Assembly: GCA_963706465.1 (NCBI GenBank)
Contig: CAVPMC010000008.1
Location: 30,403 to 94,402, forward strand
Source of the DNA: Terriglobales bacterium
GTDB taxonomy: Bacteria > Acidobacteriota > Terriglobia > Terriglobales > Acidobacteriaceae
Length of the DNA: 64,000 nt
Reading direction: 5' to 3'
Part shown: positions 46,864-56,387 of the stretch, in pieces
Layout of the letters: the number at the start of each line of letters is the position of its first letter
Position numbering within the stretch: the stretch's first letter is position 1
The notes under the pieces: generated by a model
Seen by the model: the letters and a program-made list of their open reading frames with translations, nothing else
Told to the model about the DNA's origin: nothing
Databases searched by the model: none
Translations under genes and position numbers: made by a program

Positions 46864-48087
46864 ATGAACAACGGTCGGGTCGTCTTCATCTCGCTATTGA
46901 TATGCGCAGTCCTAATCCCATCGGCTGGATTCACCCAGCAACGGCCTGAACGCACGATTGAGGAAATCAAAGCTGAAGCCATTCATCGCGCCGAAGTCGG
47001 CCAATATCCACTGATTGGGCTGGATCCCGGAGACGTGAGGGAAGCTTTCGACAAAATTCATAGCAAAGATAAAGATGAGTGGGCATCGGCTTTCATGGGC
47101 GTGGCCGATCGGTATTTCAATGAGGCAAAGACCCTGGAGGCGGCCAATCCAACAAAAGCGAATGCAGATTACATTCGCGCCTGGCGGCTGTATTCCTTCG
47201 GCCGTTGGCCAATACCGGTCTCTCCGGGGAAACAGCGGGCTTATTCCAAGGCGATTGAGGCCTTCCTGGCTCATGCCCGCTTCTGGGATGCGCCCTTGGA
47301 AGTTGTGCACATACCGTTTGAAGGGTCGGAGATCGTTGGGTACTTGCGGCTGCCCAAGAACCCAAAAGGCCCGGTGCCGCTGGTGATCGCAATCAATGGA
47401 TTAGATAGCCGCAAGGAAGATCTGGCGGAAAGTTTCGCCGCAATCCTGCCCTTCGGCATAGGCTTTCTCGCGGTGGATGGGCCAGGCACAGGTCAGGCGC
47501 CGATCAAAGTAAGCGAAACGGCGGACCGGATGTTGTCGCGCGTAATTGATTATGCGCAAAGCCGGCCGGAAGTGGACAAAAGCAGACTCGCCATTCACGG
47601 AGTGAGTTGGGGCGCGTACTGGGCGACCAAGCTTTCGATTGTCGAGCGCGCCAGGCTGAAGGGCGCCAGCGCGCAGTCACCGCCGGTGGATACTTTCTTT
47701 CAAAAAGATTTTCTGATGAATTCGCTGCTGGGGAATCGCGAGTACTTGTTCGATCAGGTGCCGGCCCTGATGAACATTTTCGATGGTGTGAAGAACATGG
47801 ATGAGCTGGCAGCAAGTCTCGCCAAAATGTCTCTGGTGAAACAAGGTCTGCTCGGCAAGCCCACGACGCCGATGTTGATCATTGGCGGAGTGCTGGATAC
47901 CCAAGTACCAATTTCAGATATCTACTTGTTGCTGAGCAAAGGCGATGTTCCGAAGGATGCGTGGATCAATCCGCAGGGCGGACATTTGGGAAGACAGGTG
48001 AAGGTCTGGCCGGATCCGTTGATTTTCAGAGAGGTTATCATTCCCTGGCTGGTGCGCACCTTGGATGTTCAGAGCGCGCCGAAATAA
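46864..48087 (+). CDS. Alpha/beta hydrolase (FrsA/DUF1100-like esterase), secreted
   Basis: Signal-like N-terminus. GVSWGAYWA is a nucleophile elbow (G-x-S-x-G). The late GGVLD and GGH motifs fit the catalytic Asp and His. Confidence 0.7.
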   Translation: MNNGRVVFISLLICAVLIPSAGFTQQRPERTIEEIKAEAIHRAEVGQYPLIGLDPGDVREAFDKIHSKDKDEWASAFMGVADRYFNEAKTLEAANPTKANADYIRAWRLYSFGRWPIPVSPGKQRAYSKAIEAFLAHARFWDAPLEVVHIPFEGSEIVGYLRLPKNPKGPVPLVIAINGLDSRKEDLAESFAAILPFGIGFLAVDGPGTGQAPIKVSETADRMLSRVIDYAQSRPEVDKSRLAIHGVSWGAYWATKLSIVERARLKGASAQSPPVDTFFQKDFLMNSLLGNREYLFDQVPALMNIFDGVKNMDELAASLAKMSLVKQGLLGKPTTPMLIIGGVLDTQVPISDIYLLLSKGDVPKDAWINPQGGHLGRQVKVWPDPLIFREVIIPWLVRTLDVQSAPK

Positions 48088-48110
48088 TCGCCGTTTCTTG
48101 CCGGGGGTGC

Positions 48111-49022
48111 TCAGGCTGGGGGTTTCTCCAGTTCTTCGCGGTTCCAGTTTCCCAGCTTCGCTCCGGCGTCGTAAGTACTATGTAGAAATTCCAAAAGCGT
48201 GGCCTTTGGCGATGCGGCACGCCGGACGTCGTCGTACATCAGAAGAAATTCGTGCATCTCAGGATGATAGAAAGCTCTTGCCGGGCCGACGTGCGCATCC
48301 GCAAAGCCCGCCGGTTCTGGAGCCGCGTAGGTGTAGAATGCCGCACCCTTTATGTCACCGCCGCCGGGCCAGAAACCGGCGCTGATCACTTCGTGAGAAT
48401 AGGCTTCTCGCGTAATCGAGTCCGCACCCTCGCGCGCCGGAGCACGCCGGCCTGAGAAGCGTGTGACCGCCAGATCGAAGCTGCCCCAGAAGAAATGCAC
48501 CGGGCTGCTCTTGCCGATAAAGCCGCAACGGAATTCTTTGAAGATATCATCGGCGCACACCAGTATCCGCCAGAAGCGGTTCGCATATTCAGGATCGTAT
48601 GAAGCATGTTCGGTATCGCGGTCGAAGGCGATTGGGTTGGGAATTTCGACCGGCATGTGCCAGATGCTTACGTGAATGTCGAGTGACTTCAGGCACTGCA
48701 TGAACTCTTTATAGAAATCGGCGACGGATCGCGGGGCGAGAACCATAACTTTCTCGGCATCCTGGCTGGTGCGAATAATCAGACGGTGATGGATGAAATC
48801 AAACTGGATCTCAAAGATCCCTCGATCATAAGGAATGGGAGAGGTGGTGAGTCCGAGGGAAGTGACGTAGAGCGGTACCTCCCACCAGTGATTAAGTTTC
48901 GGGCTGAGCGCGAGCCGAATCTTGCCCACGATCTGCGTCCACAAGTGCAGCGTCGCGTAAGTATCCATCCACGCGTCGAGCGGCAATTCTGGCCACAGGG
49001 TGTTATTCCTTTCGACGTTCAT
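48111..49022 (-). CDS. DUF5996-like protein
   Basis: The ATG at 49022 follows AGGAGA. MNVERNNTLWPELPLDAWMDTYATLHLWTQIVGKIRLALSPKLNHWWEVPLYVTSLGLTTSPIP matches my recollection of this family. The track ORF extends further upstream. Confidence 0.65.
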   Translation of the reverse strand: MNVERNNTLWPELPLDAWMDTYATLHLWTQIVGKIRLALSPKLNHWWEVPLYVTSLGLTTSPIPYDRGIFEIQFDFIHHRLIIRTSQDAEKVMVLAPRSVADFYKEFMQCLKSLDIHVSIWHMPVEIPNPIAFDRDTEHASYDPEYANRFWRILVCADDIFKEFRCGFIGKSSPVHFFWGSFDLAVTRFSGRRAPAREGADSITREAYSHEVISAGFWPGGGDIKGAAFYTYAAPEPAGFADAHVGPARAFYHPEMHEFLLMYDDVRRAASPKATLLEFLHSTYDAGAKLGNWNREELEKPPA

Positions 49023-49343
49023 ATCGTCTCCTGATGGGGCCCACTGACGGACAGGTATCCATTCTAGTGCACGGGGACACCGCGACACCGCTTGCTGAAG
49101 CCAAGGCTTGCCACGTATCTCGCTCATTTGCCAGTGGTTTAAAAGAGATTCACGGTGCATTAAAAATGGGCGGTACCAACCTGCGCCGCCGGGCATCTAA
49201 GGGTGAGGAAATTTGTCGGATGGATCTACCGTGGATTTCCCGCCGCGCCTGCAATGCACTTCCGCCAAGACGATCTCGAAAGAGTGATCGGAAATGCCGA
49301 CGGCGATTTCGGGAGCAAACAAGCAGCAATTTCGGAGGGAACG

Positions 49344-50687
49344 ATGCCGGTCGCGCAAAAGGAACTCGATACTCGGCAGCAACTGCTTGATCGTCTGGCC
49401 GAGGCTCGAGTTCGAACCGACGAGATTTTTGAAATTGTCAGGCCGGATTCTCTTTACGAGCGGCCGATTCCGGAAAGACATCGAATCATTTTTTATCTCG
49501 GTCATTTGGAAGCGTTCGACTGGAACCTGTTGCGGGAACGGGTTCTTGACCTGAAATCCTTTCATCCTGACTTTGACAAATTATTCGCTTTTGGAATTGA
49601 TCCGGTTGATGGAGCGCTCCCCTCCGATCAACCGAGCCAATGGCCTACCGTGACGGATGCCCGCCGATACGTCGGACGAATCCGGGAAAGCATCGATGAA
49701 GGTCTGGCCGGGCTAAAACCCGCGGATTGGACTTTCAATCCGGCGGGGACAGATTTCACCGCCGAGATACTTCTCAACGTCGCCATTGAGCACCGGCTCA
49801 TGCATGCAGAAACTTTGGCGTACATGCTTCACCAGTTGCCGCTCGATCGGAAAGTAAAAAGGCAGCGCAAGCCGGAATTGGTTGTTTCTTCGATTGCACC
49901 CGAAATGATCGAGATTCCCGATGGCCGAGCTGCGCTTGGGCTCTCACGTCGTGACCGGAACATCTTTGGCTGGGATAACGAATACGAAGCGCAGACCGTC
50001 GACGTCCCGGCTTTCTCGATCGACAAATATAAAGCGACGAATGGCCAGTACCTCGATTTCGTGGCCGCGGGAGGTTACGAGAATTCTGCATTTTGGAACG
50101 AAGAAGATTGGAAGTGGCGAACCGCGCACGACATTCGCCATCCTGCGTTCTGGAAGCGGATCGGGGACGGTTGGCATTGCCGGACCATGTTCGATGAGAT
50201 TCCTTTGCCTTTGGACTGGCCTGTGTACGTGAGCCAGGCGGAAGCAAGCGCCTATGCGCGCTGGGCAGGAAAGTCATTGCCGACGGAAGCGCAGTGGCAT
50301 CGGGCAGCTTACGGAACGAAGAAAGGTTCCGAGAGGAATTTTCCGTGGGGCGAGGCGGCCCCGAATTCGAGCAAGGGCAATTTCGATTTCCAGAGTTGGG
50401 ACCCGACTCCGGTGGTCGCATTCCCTCAAGGCGAGAGCGCGTTCGGTGTCGCTGATCTGTTGGGGAATGGATGGGAGTGGACGTCGAGCCAGTTCGCGCC
50501 ATTTCCAGGCTTCCGGCAGTTTTCATTTTATCCCGGCTACTCGGCGGACTTCTTCGACGGCAAACATTATGTGATGAAAGGGGCGTCGGCGCGTACCCCC
50601 GCATGCATGTTGCGCCGCTCGTTTCGTAACTGGTTTCAACCCCATTACCAGTACGTTTACGCGGGATTTCGCTGCGTGAGCCGCTGA
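49344..50687 (+). CDS. egtB: Ergothioneine biosynthesis sulfoxide synthase EgtB (DinB_2 + FGE-sulfatase domains)
   Basis: The ATG at 49344 follows GGAGGGA. RHRIIFYLGHLEAFDW (DinB-type iron site), GNGWEWTSSQFAPFPGF and RSFRNWFQPHYQYVYAGFRCV (FGE-like C-terminus). Confidence 0.8.
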   Translation: MPVAQKELDTRQQLLDRLAEARVRTDEIFEIVRPDSLYERPIPERHRIIFYLGHLEAFDWNLLRERVLDLKSFHPDFDKLFAFGIDPVDGALPSDQPSQWPTVTDARRYVGRIRESIDEGLAGLKPADWTFNPAGTDFTAEILLNVAIEHRLMHAETLAYMLHQLPLDRKVKRQRKPELVVSSIAPEMIEIPDGRAALGLSRRDRNIFGWDNEYEAQTVDVPAFSIDKYKATNGQYLDFVAAGGYENSAFWNEEDWKWRTAHDIRHPAFWKRIGDGWHCRTMFDEIPLPLDWPVYVSQAEASAYARWAGKSLPTEAQWHRAAYGTKKGSERNFPWGEAAPNSSKGNFDFQSWDPTPVVAFPQGESAFGVADLLGNGWEWTSSQFAPFPGFRQFSFYPGYSADFFDGKHYVMKGASARTPACMLRRSFRNWFQPHYQYVYAGFRCVSR

Positions 50688-50707
50688 TCGATTTTTCGGA
50701 GGAAAGT

Positions 50708-51679
50708 ATGCTGACACAGGCGTTCACTACTACAGGCAACAATTTTGAACTGATCAACGACGTGCGTCTCGGCTTGACCAAGCCCGGACAAAAAGAACTG
50801 CCATCGAAATACTTGTATGACAGCGTCGGGTCGGCGCTGTTCGAAGTCATCAGTATCCTCCCGGAGTACGGCTTGACCCGTGCGGACGAGCGCCTTTTGC
50901 GGCGTCATTCCGAAGACATAGTTGCCAGACTCACACCGCCAACCACGGTGGCCGAATTGGGCAGCGGCAGCGGAAAAAAGACGCGTTGGATGCTCGAGGC
51001 CTTGGGCCGGCACAAACATATTTCGTACTGTCCCATTGAAATCTCGCGGGCTGCCCTGAATATGTGCGAGCGCGAACTGGGCGATATTGAATCAGTCAGC
51101 ATCCTCGGCTTTGAGCGGGAGTACCTGGATGGACTCTTGGAAGTCGCCGCTCGGCGCAAAGGTGGAGAACAGTTACTGGTGCTGTTTCTCGGCAGCACAA
51201 TTGGCAACTTTGAGCATCCGGCAGACGTAAAAGTTCTGCGTGAAATGCGGCACATACTTCGTGCAGGAGACGCGCTGCTCTTGGGAACCGACTTGGCCAA
51301 GCCGACCCACCAACTGCTGAGCGCCTATAACGATTCGCTGGGGGTGACAGCGGCGTTTAACTTGAACCTGCTAGCGCGAATGAATCGCGAACTCGATGCT
51401 GACTTCAATCTGGAGCAATTCGAACACGTCGCCAAATTCAACGAAGACGTGGGCAGCGTAGAAATGCACATTCGTTCCCTGAAAAAACAAACCGTGAGTA
51501 TTCCCGCAGCAGCCCTGTCAATACCGTTCCTTGAAGGCGAAACCATCTGGACCGAGAGCAGTCACAAGTATTCGCTGGCGGAAGTATTTGGCATCGCCGA
51601 GCAGGCGGGTTTTCGCTGCGATGCCCAGTGGATTGATGAGCAATGGCCATTCGCGGAAAATCTTTTCATCGCGGAATGA
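50708..51679 (+). CDS. egtD: L-histidine N-alpha-methyltransferase EgtD
   Basis: LPSKYLYDSVGSALFEVISILPEYGLTRADERLL..., ELGSGSGKKT (SAM site), FLGSTIGNF and SHKYS. Confidence 0.8.
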   Translation: MLTQAFTTTGNNFELINDVRLGLTKPGQKELPSKYLYDSVGSALFEVISILPEYGLTRADERLLRRHSEDIVARLTPPTTVAELGSGSGKKTRWMLEALGRHKHISYCPIEISRAALNMCERELGDIESVSILGFEREYLDGLLEVAARRKGGEQLLVLFLGSTIGNFEHPADVKVLREMRHILRAGDALLLGTDLAKPTHQLLSAYNDSLGVTAAFNLNLLARMNRELDADFNLEQFEHVAKFNEDVGSVEMHIRSLKKQTVSIPAAALSIPFLEGETIWTESSHKYSLAEVFGIAEQAGFRCDAQWIDEQWPFAENLFIAE

Positions 51680-51692
51680 CGCACATCAAGTT

Positions 51693-54600
51693 TTATTCGA
51701 GGTCACTTTGTGCTCCGTCCGTTTGAGGCTTTGATTCGACTTTAATCTCGGGTAGTTTGGCCTTCTTGAGTCGGCCATTGAGTGCCGGCAAATCAGCGTT
51801 TTTTATTTCCTCCCACCGCTTCATCACAGCGGAGAGGCCACGTTCAGAATCCGCCACGGCAGTTATTTGAGCCGCCGTGGGCGCGGCGTCAGCCTGCCCT
51901 ATCGCGCCATAAAGCGTACCTACAGCGCCGCTTTCACGAGACAACGTCGATTCCTGCGCCGCGCCGGCAACAGATGGCTTTGATCCTTCCAGCATTGTTT
52001 TTACTTTCTGATCAAATGCTTTGATCGATTCCGCGAGAGCACCTTTAGGTTGAGCCTCAAGCTTATGAAGTTGGTCGAGAACTGAATGTGCCTCCGTCAC
52101 CGCTTCGGTGCTTGCGGTCATCTCCGAAGCAAGGCGCATCTCCAGGGTGAATTGTTCTTCGATGCCGGCAGGTGTCGCGTTTACGCGTGGGTCCATCTTT
52201 ACCGTGAGAGGAGCGGTGGAGGTTTTCCCATTCACGGTGAGTCGCACCGTGTATTCTCCGGGCAATGCGAGCGGGCCGAGCGGCGATCTCGGAGTATCGT
52301 TGGGCACCGCCGAAATTGGATACTCGTGTTGCGACGTATTGGGCGCGGCGTAGTGCAGGTCCCACACCCAGCGGTGCATGCCCGCGCTTGCTGAAGGAAT
52401 TTTCTGCATGTGGATCCAGTAAAGCGGAATCAATTGCTTTTCCAATTCCGCCTGACTTACTTCGGGCTTGTCGCCACTGGAATAGCGTCGCACCACCTTG
52501 CCTTGTGCATCGACGATTTCAAGCGTAACCGGCCCTGCAGCAGGCTGCGCCAAAAAGTAATCGAGAATCGCGCCATCGGGAGGGTTCTCGCCAGCCGGTT
52601 CGTCTGGGGGAATCGGAGTGTCGGGATTCGTGCTGCGTCGGACGCGGTAAGCCGCTTCAGGCTTGAACAGATAGGCATCCGAACCGGCCTTTGCATCCGC
52701 GAGTTGCCGCAGCGGAGTGATGTCATCGAGTATCCAGAAAGATCGTCCGTGAGTGGCAACGATGAGATCGTTCTTGTGAATCGCGAAATCGCGCATCGAG
52801 GTGTGCGGCAGGTTCAATTGCAGAGATTGCCAGTGATCACCATCGTCGAACGAAAGCCATACGCTGTTTTCCGTTCCGGCAAAGAGCAATCCCTTCTGGG
52901 CTGGATCTTCGCGCACAGTGTCGGCGGGAGCGTCCGCCGGCAAACCGCTTGAGATCAGCGTCCAAGTCTTGCCGGCATCGTGGGTGCGGTAGATATAAGG
53001 ATGCAGATCGTCGACGCGGAAGCGGCTTACGGACGCGTAGGCCGATTGCTCGTCGAAATGCGAAGCCTCGATCTGCGTTACTTTGCTCCAGGCAGTTACC
53101 TCCGGCGGCGTAATGTTATTCCAATTCTTTCCGCCGTCCCGGGTTATCCAGATCAAGCCGTCGTCAGTGCCGGCCCAGAGCGTATTGATGTTCTGGAATG
53201 AGGGAGCGAGCGCATAGATCACTCCGCGCTGCTTCCCCGCATCGGGATTCTTCGAAGCGAGCGTGCCAATGCTCGGCGGCACTCCAGGATTCTCACGGGT
53301 AAGATCCGGGCTGATGGCTTGCCAGGACTGCCCGCCGTCAGAGGTCTTGAACAACACGTTCGAAGCGAAATAAAGAGTGTGCGGATCGATCGGCGAGAAA
53401 AGTGTCGGCTCGGTACGGTCGGTGCGGAATTTCGGATCGCGAACGGGGATTGGGGTTACGTTTTGCACCTGCCCGGTCGACCAGTGATATTTCGAAACCT
53501 CGCTTCTGCCACCTCCATAGATAATATCGGGATCGAGGGGATCGGGCGCGACGTAACCGTACTCAATCGTTGCGACGGGATGCCAATCGCGAAAAGTTAT
53601 TTCTCCGTCGTTGCCGCGGCTCGAAATGCACACCGAACCGCTCTCCTGTTGTCCGGCACAAACCCGGTAAGGAAAGGTATTAGCGATTCCAACGTGATAA
53701 AGCTGCGCCGTCGGCTGGTTGTACCACGAACTCCAGGTTTGCCCGCCATTGACAGTCACAATGGCGCCTTGATCGCTCACCACAAGAATAATGTTCGGAT
53801 TATTAGGATTGATCCAGAGGTTCTGATAATCGTCGCCGCCTGGAGCGCCGCGAATGCTGGACCAGGTTTTGCCTCCGTCCGTGGAGCGTACGGTCACGAT
53901 GCTTACGCTGTAGACCACGTCGGGGTTTTTTGGATCCACTCTTACAATTGACAAATCGCCGCCGCCGATGCGCATGGCGGGGCGCGGATCATTCGTCGCC
54001 ACATGCCAATTTTCGCCGGCATCATCGGAGCGGTACACTCCCAATCCGGCCGCGGAACCGTATTCACCACGTTCCGTTGTCGCCAAAGATGCATAGAGCC
54101 GGTCCGGTTGGCTGGCCGCGATTGCCACGTTGATCTGCGTAATGTTGCTGGGCAGGCCTCTGGTTAACGGATGCCAGGTGCTGCCGCCATCTGTCGACTT
54201 GAAAAGTCCTCCGCTGGTTCCCGGAAACTGATTGTTATCCTCCCAAGGTCCCTGTCGCATTTCCCACAAAGATGCATAGAGCACATCGGGTCTCGAGAGA
54301 TCGATCTCGATGTCGGAACCGCCGGTGTTCTCGTCGACCGAAAGAACCTTCTGCCAGGTCTTTCCGCCATCCTCCGAGCGGAAGATGCCGCGCTCGTCGT
54401 TCGGACCGTAGGGGTGTCCGAGCACCGCCGCGAAAACTCTGTTCGGATCGCGGGGATCAACCGCTAGCGCGGGAATCTGTTGTCCGTCGTCGAGGCCGAG
54501 GTGAGTCCAGGTCTTGCCTGCGTCGGTCGATTTGTATATTCCGTTGCCCACCGAGAGGTCAGGACGATGCAGTCCTTCACCGCTTCCCACATAAATGATA

Positions 54601-54914
54601 TGGGGGTCCGATGGAGCTACCGCGATGGCGCCGATCGATTGAGTGGGTTCCTGATCAAAGATGGGTGACCACGTGCGGCCGTAATCGTCGGACTTCCACA
54701 CTCCGCCGTTCACGGCACCAATATAAAAAAGATTGGGTTGGTTCGGCACCCCGGCGACTGCCCGAGTACGTCCGCCGCGAAAAGGCCCGACCATGCGCCA
54801 GCGCATTTCCTGATACATGCTTTCCGGATACTGCTGGGCCTGGCTCATGGCGAGAACTGGGAAGACGAAGCTGCTTACCAGCAGAACAACGATAAGGCGC
54901 GAAGATTGAGTCAC
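51693..54914 (-). CDS. BNR/Asp-box repeat, sortilin/VPS10-like secreted protein
   Basis: At least eleven S-x-D-x-G-x-T-W boxes (SDDYGRTWSP, STDAGKTWTH, SEDGGKTWQK, STDGGSTWHP and others). The GTG at 54914 follows GGAGGG and gives a signal peptide (VTQSSRLIVVLLVSSFVFPVLA). Confidence 0.8.
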   Translation of the reverse strand: MTQSSRLIVVLLVSSFVFPVLAMSQAQQYPESMYQEMRWRMVGPFRGGRTRAVAGVPNQPNLFYIGAVNGGVWKSDDYGRTWSPIFDQEPTQSIGAIAVAPSDPHIIYVGSGEGLHRPDLSVGNGIYKSTDAGKTWTHLGLDDGQQIPALAVDPRDPNRVFAAVLGHPYGPNDERGIFRSEDGGKTWQKVLSVDENTGGSDIEIDLSRPDVLYASLWEMRQGPWEDNNQFPGTSGGLFKSTDGGSTWHPLTRGLPSNITQINVAIAASQPDRLYASLATTERGEYGSAAGLGVYRSDDAGENWHVATNDPRPAMRIGGGDLSIVRVDPKNPDVVYSVSIVTVRSTDGGKTWSSIRGAPGGDDYQNLWINPNNPNIILVVSDQGAIVTVNGGQTWSSWYNQPTAQLYHVGIANTFPYRVCAGQQESGSVCISSRGNDGEITFRDWHPVATIEYGYVAPDPLDPDIIYGGGRSEVSKYHWSTGQVQNVTPIPVRDPKFRTDRTEPTLFSPIDPHTLYFASNVLFKTSDGGQSWQAISPDLTRENPGVPPSIGTLASKNPDAGKQRGVIYALAPSFQNINTLWAGTDDGLIWITRDGGKNWNNITPPEVTAWSKVTQIEASHFDEQSAYASVSRFRVDDLHPYIYRTHDAGKTWTLISSGLPADAPADTVREDPAQKGLLFAGTENSVWLSFDDGDHWQSLQLNLPHTSMRDFAIHKNDLIVATHGRSFWILDDITPLRQLADAKAGSDAYLFKPEAAYRVRRSTNPDTPIPPDEPAGENPPDGAILDYFLAQPAAGPVTLEIVDAQGKVVRRYSSGDKPEVSQAELEKQLIPLYWIHMQKIPSASAGMHRWVWDLHYAAPNTSQHEYPISAVPNDTPRSPLGPLALPGEYTVRLTVNGKTSTAPLTVKMDPRVNATPAGIEEQFTLEMRLASEMTASTEAVTEAHSVLDQLHKLEAQPKGALAESIKAFDQKVKTMLEGSKPSVAGAAQESTLSRESGAVGTLYGAIGQADAAPTAAQITAVADSERGLSAVMKRWEEIKNADLPALNGRLKKAKLPEIKVESKPQTDGAQSDLE

Positions 54915-54995
54915 GTAGCCCTCCGATTGAAAGGTTCCAAGTGGGACAGCATAAATCAAATGCAGCGCGGGGAGAATGGCCTGGTCGTTTGAAGA

Positions 54996-56387
54996 CTACG
55001 AAGCGTCCGACTCGTCTTCCCGACGCTGCTTCTGAATGTCGATTCCGAGTTGCTCCGCCTTCTTGTAAAAATGGCTGCGTTCGAGATCGAGAGCTTTGGC
55101 GGCATTGGTGATGTGGTAATTGCTCCTCTTAAGCTCAGAGAGAATAGCCTGGCGCTCGAAGTTCTGCACTCGCTCTGCCAGGGAGCCTGTGCTGGTTGCC
55201 GACGAGGGCAGAACGGTTGGCGTAGTAGGCAACGCGGAGCGAACTGTCTCCAGGGTCACTTGCCCGTCGGTTGCCAGCAGCATCAGGCGCTCAACCACAT
55301 TTCTCAACTCGCGGACATTGCCAGTCCACGCATAGGCAGTAAGCGCTTCGATGGTGTCGGGAGTAAAGGAAATAGGCTTCCAACTATTTTGTGCGCAGAC
55401 CTGCCGGGCAAAATGGTCTACCAAGGTTGGAATGTCTTCCCGGCGTTCGCGCAGGGGAGGGAGAACCAGCGGGAACACAAATATCCGGTGAAACAGGTCC
55501 TGGCGAAATTTGCCCTCGCGCACCAGAGTCTCCAGATTCCGATGCGTTGCCACCAGAACGCGCACGTCCACCGGAATGGGTTTGTCTCCGCCGATGCGTT
55601 CTACTTCGTTTTCCTCAAGCACGCGCAGCAGTTTGGCCTGCATGGACAGAGGCATATCCCCAATTTCGTCGACGAAGATAGTGCCATGCTCCGCCTGTTC
55701 GAACTTTCCCGTGTGGCGCGCCGCCGCTCCGGTAAATGAACCCTTCTCATGTCCGAACAGTTCCGACTCGATCAGTTCAGCCGGGACTGCAGCACAGTTC
55801 AGAGTAATAAAGGGCCCTGAAGATCGCGGACTGCGTTCATGCAAAGTGCGGGCCACCAGTTCTTTTCCGGTGCCAGTTTCCCCCAAAATACAAACCCGGG
55901 ACTCGCTCGCTGCTACGCGTTCCACCTGGGCCATGAGCTTCCGCATGACGTCCGACGTCCAGACGATTTCGTGTTTGCCCAATCGCTGCCGAAGTTGGCG
56001 GTTCTCGGATTCCAGACGCCGCAGTTTGAGTACGTTCTCCACCGTGAGTAACAGCTTTTCAGTGGAGACAGGTTTTTCCAGGAAATCGAGTGCTCCCAGG
56101 CGGGTCGCGCGCACAGCCATTTCAATATGTGCCTGGCCTGACATTATGACCACCGGGGCCGTGATGCCTTGCGCTCGTACGTCTTCGAGAAAGGAAAGCC
56201 CATCTTTGCCGGGCATGACCACGTCAGAGAAGATCAAATCGAAGTTCTGCGTTCTGGCAAATTCGAGCGCCTTCATCGCGTTATCACAAACCGTGACTTC
56301 ATGGCCGGCGAGGCGGAAGGCGCGCGCAAGCGACGCCAGGGTGTTGGGCTCGTCATCCACTATCAGAAGATGTGCTTTAGATGGCAC
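54996..56387 (-). CDS. Sigma-54-dependent response regulator (REC + AAA+ + Fis HTH; NtrC family)
   Basis: LLIVDDEPN...DLIFSDVVMPG (REC), GETGTGKE and ESELFGHEKGSFTGA (sigma-54 interaction), and C-terminal NYHITNAAKALDLERSHFYKK. GTG 56387 is the proposed start; the track ORF runs to 56459. Confidence 0.85.
   Translation of the reverse strand: MPSKAHLLIVDDEPNTLASLARAFRLAGHEVTVCDNAMKALEFARTQNFDLIFSDVVMPGKDGLSFLEDVRAQGITAPVVIMSGQAHIEMAVRATRLGALDFLEKPVSTEKLLLTVENVLKLRRLESENRQLRQRLGKHEIVWTSDVMRKLMAQVERVAASESRVCILGETGTGKELVARTLHERSPRSSGPFITLNCAAVPAELIESELFGHEKGSFTGAAARHTGKFEQAEHGTIFVDEIGDMPLSMQAKLLRVLEENEVERIGGDKPIPVDVRVLVATHRNLETLVREGKFRQDLFHRIFVFPLVLPPLRERREDIPTLVDHFARQVCAQNSWKPISFTPDTIEALTAYAWTGNVRELRNVVERLMLLATDGQVTLETVRSALPTTPTVLPSSATSTGSLAERVQNFERQAILSELKRSNYHITNAAKALDLERSHFYKKAEQLGIDIQKQRREDESDAS

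Noticed and set aside
49798-50850. 350-aa ORF antisense to egtB
   Set aside because: egtB on the plus strand has full-length family motifs, and the antisense product has none.
54915-54995. Sigma-54 promoter (TGGAAC-N5-AATC) upstream of the BNR gene
   Set aside because: The -12 GC is missing, and the element would overlap the RBS and start codon. The spacing is incompatible with a functional promoter.
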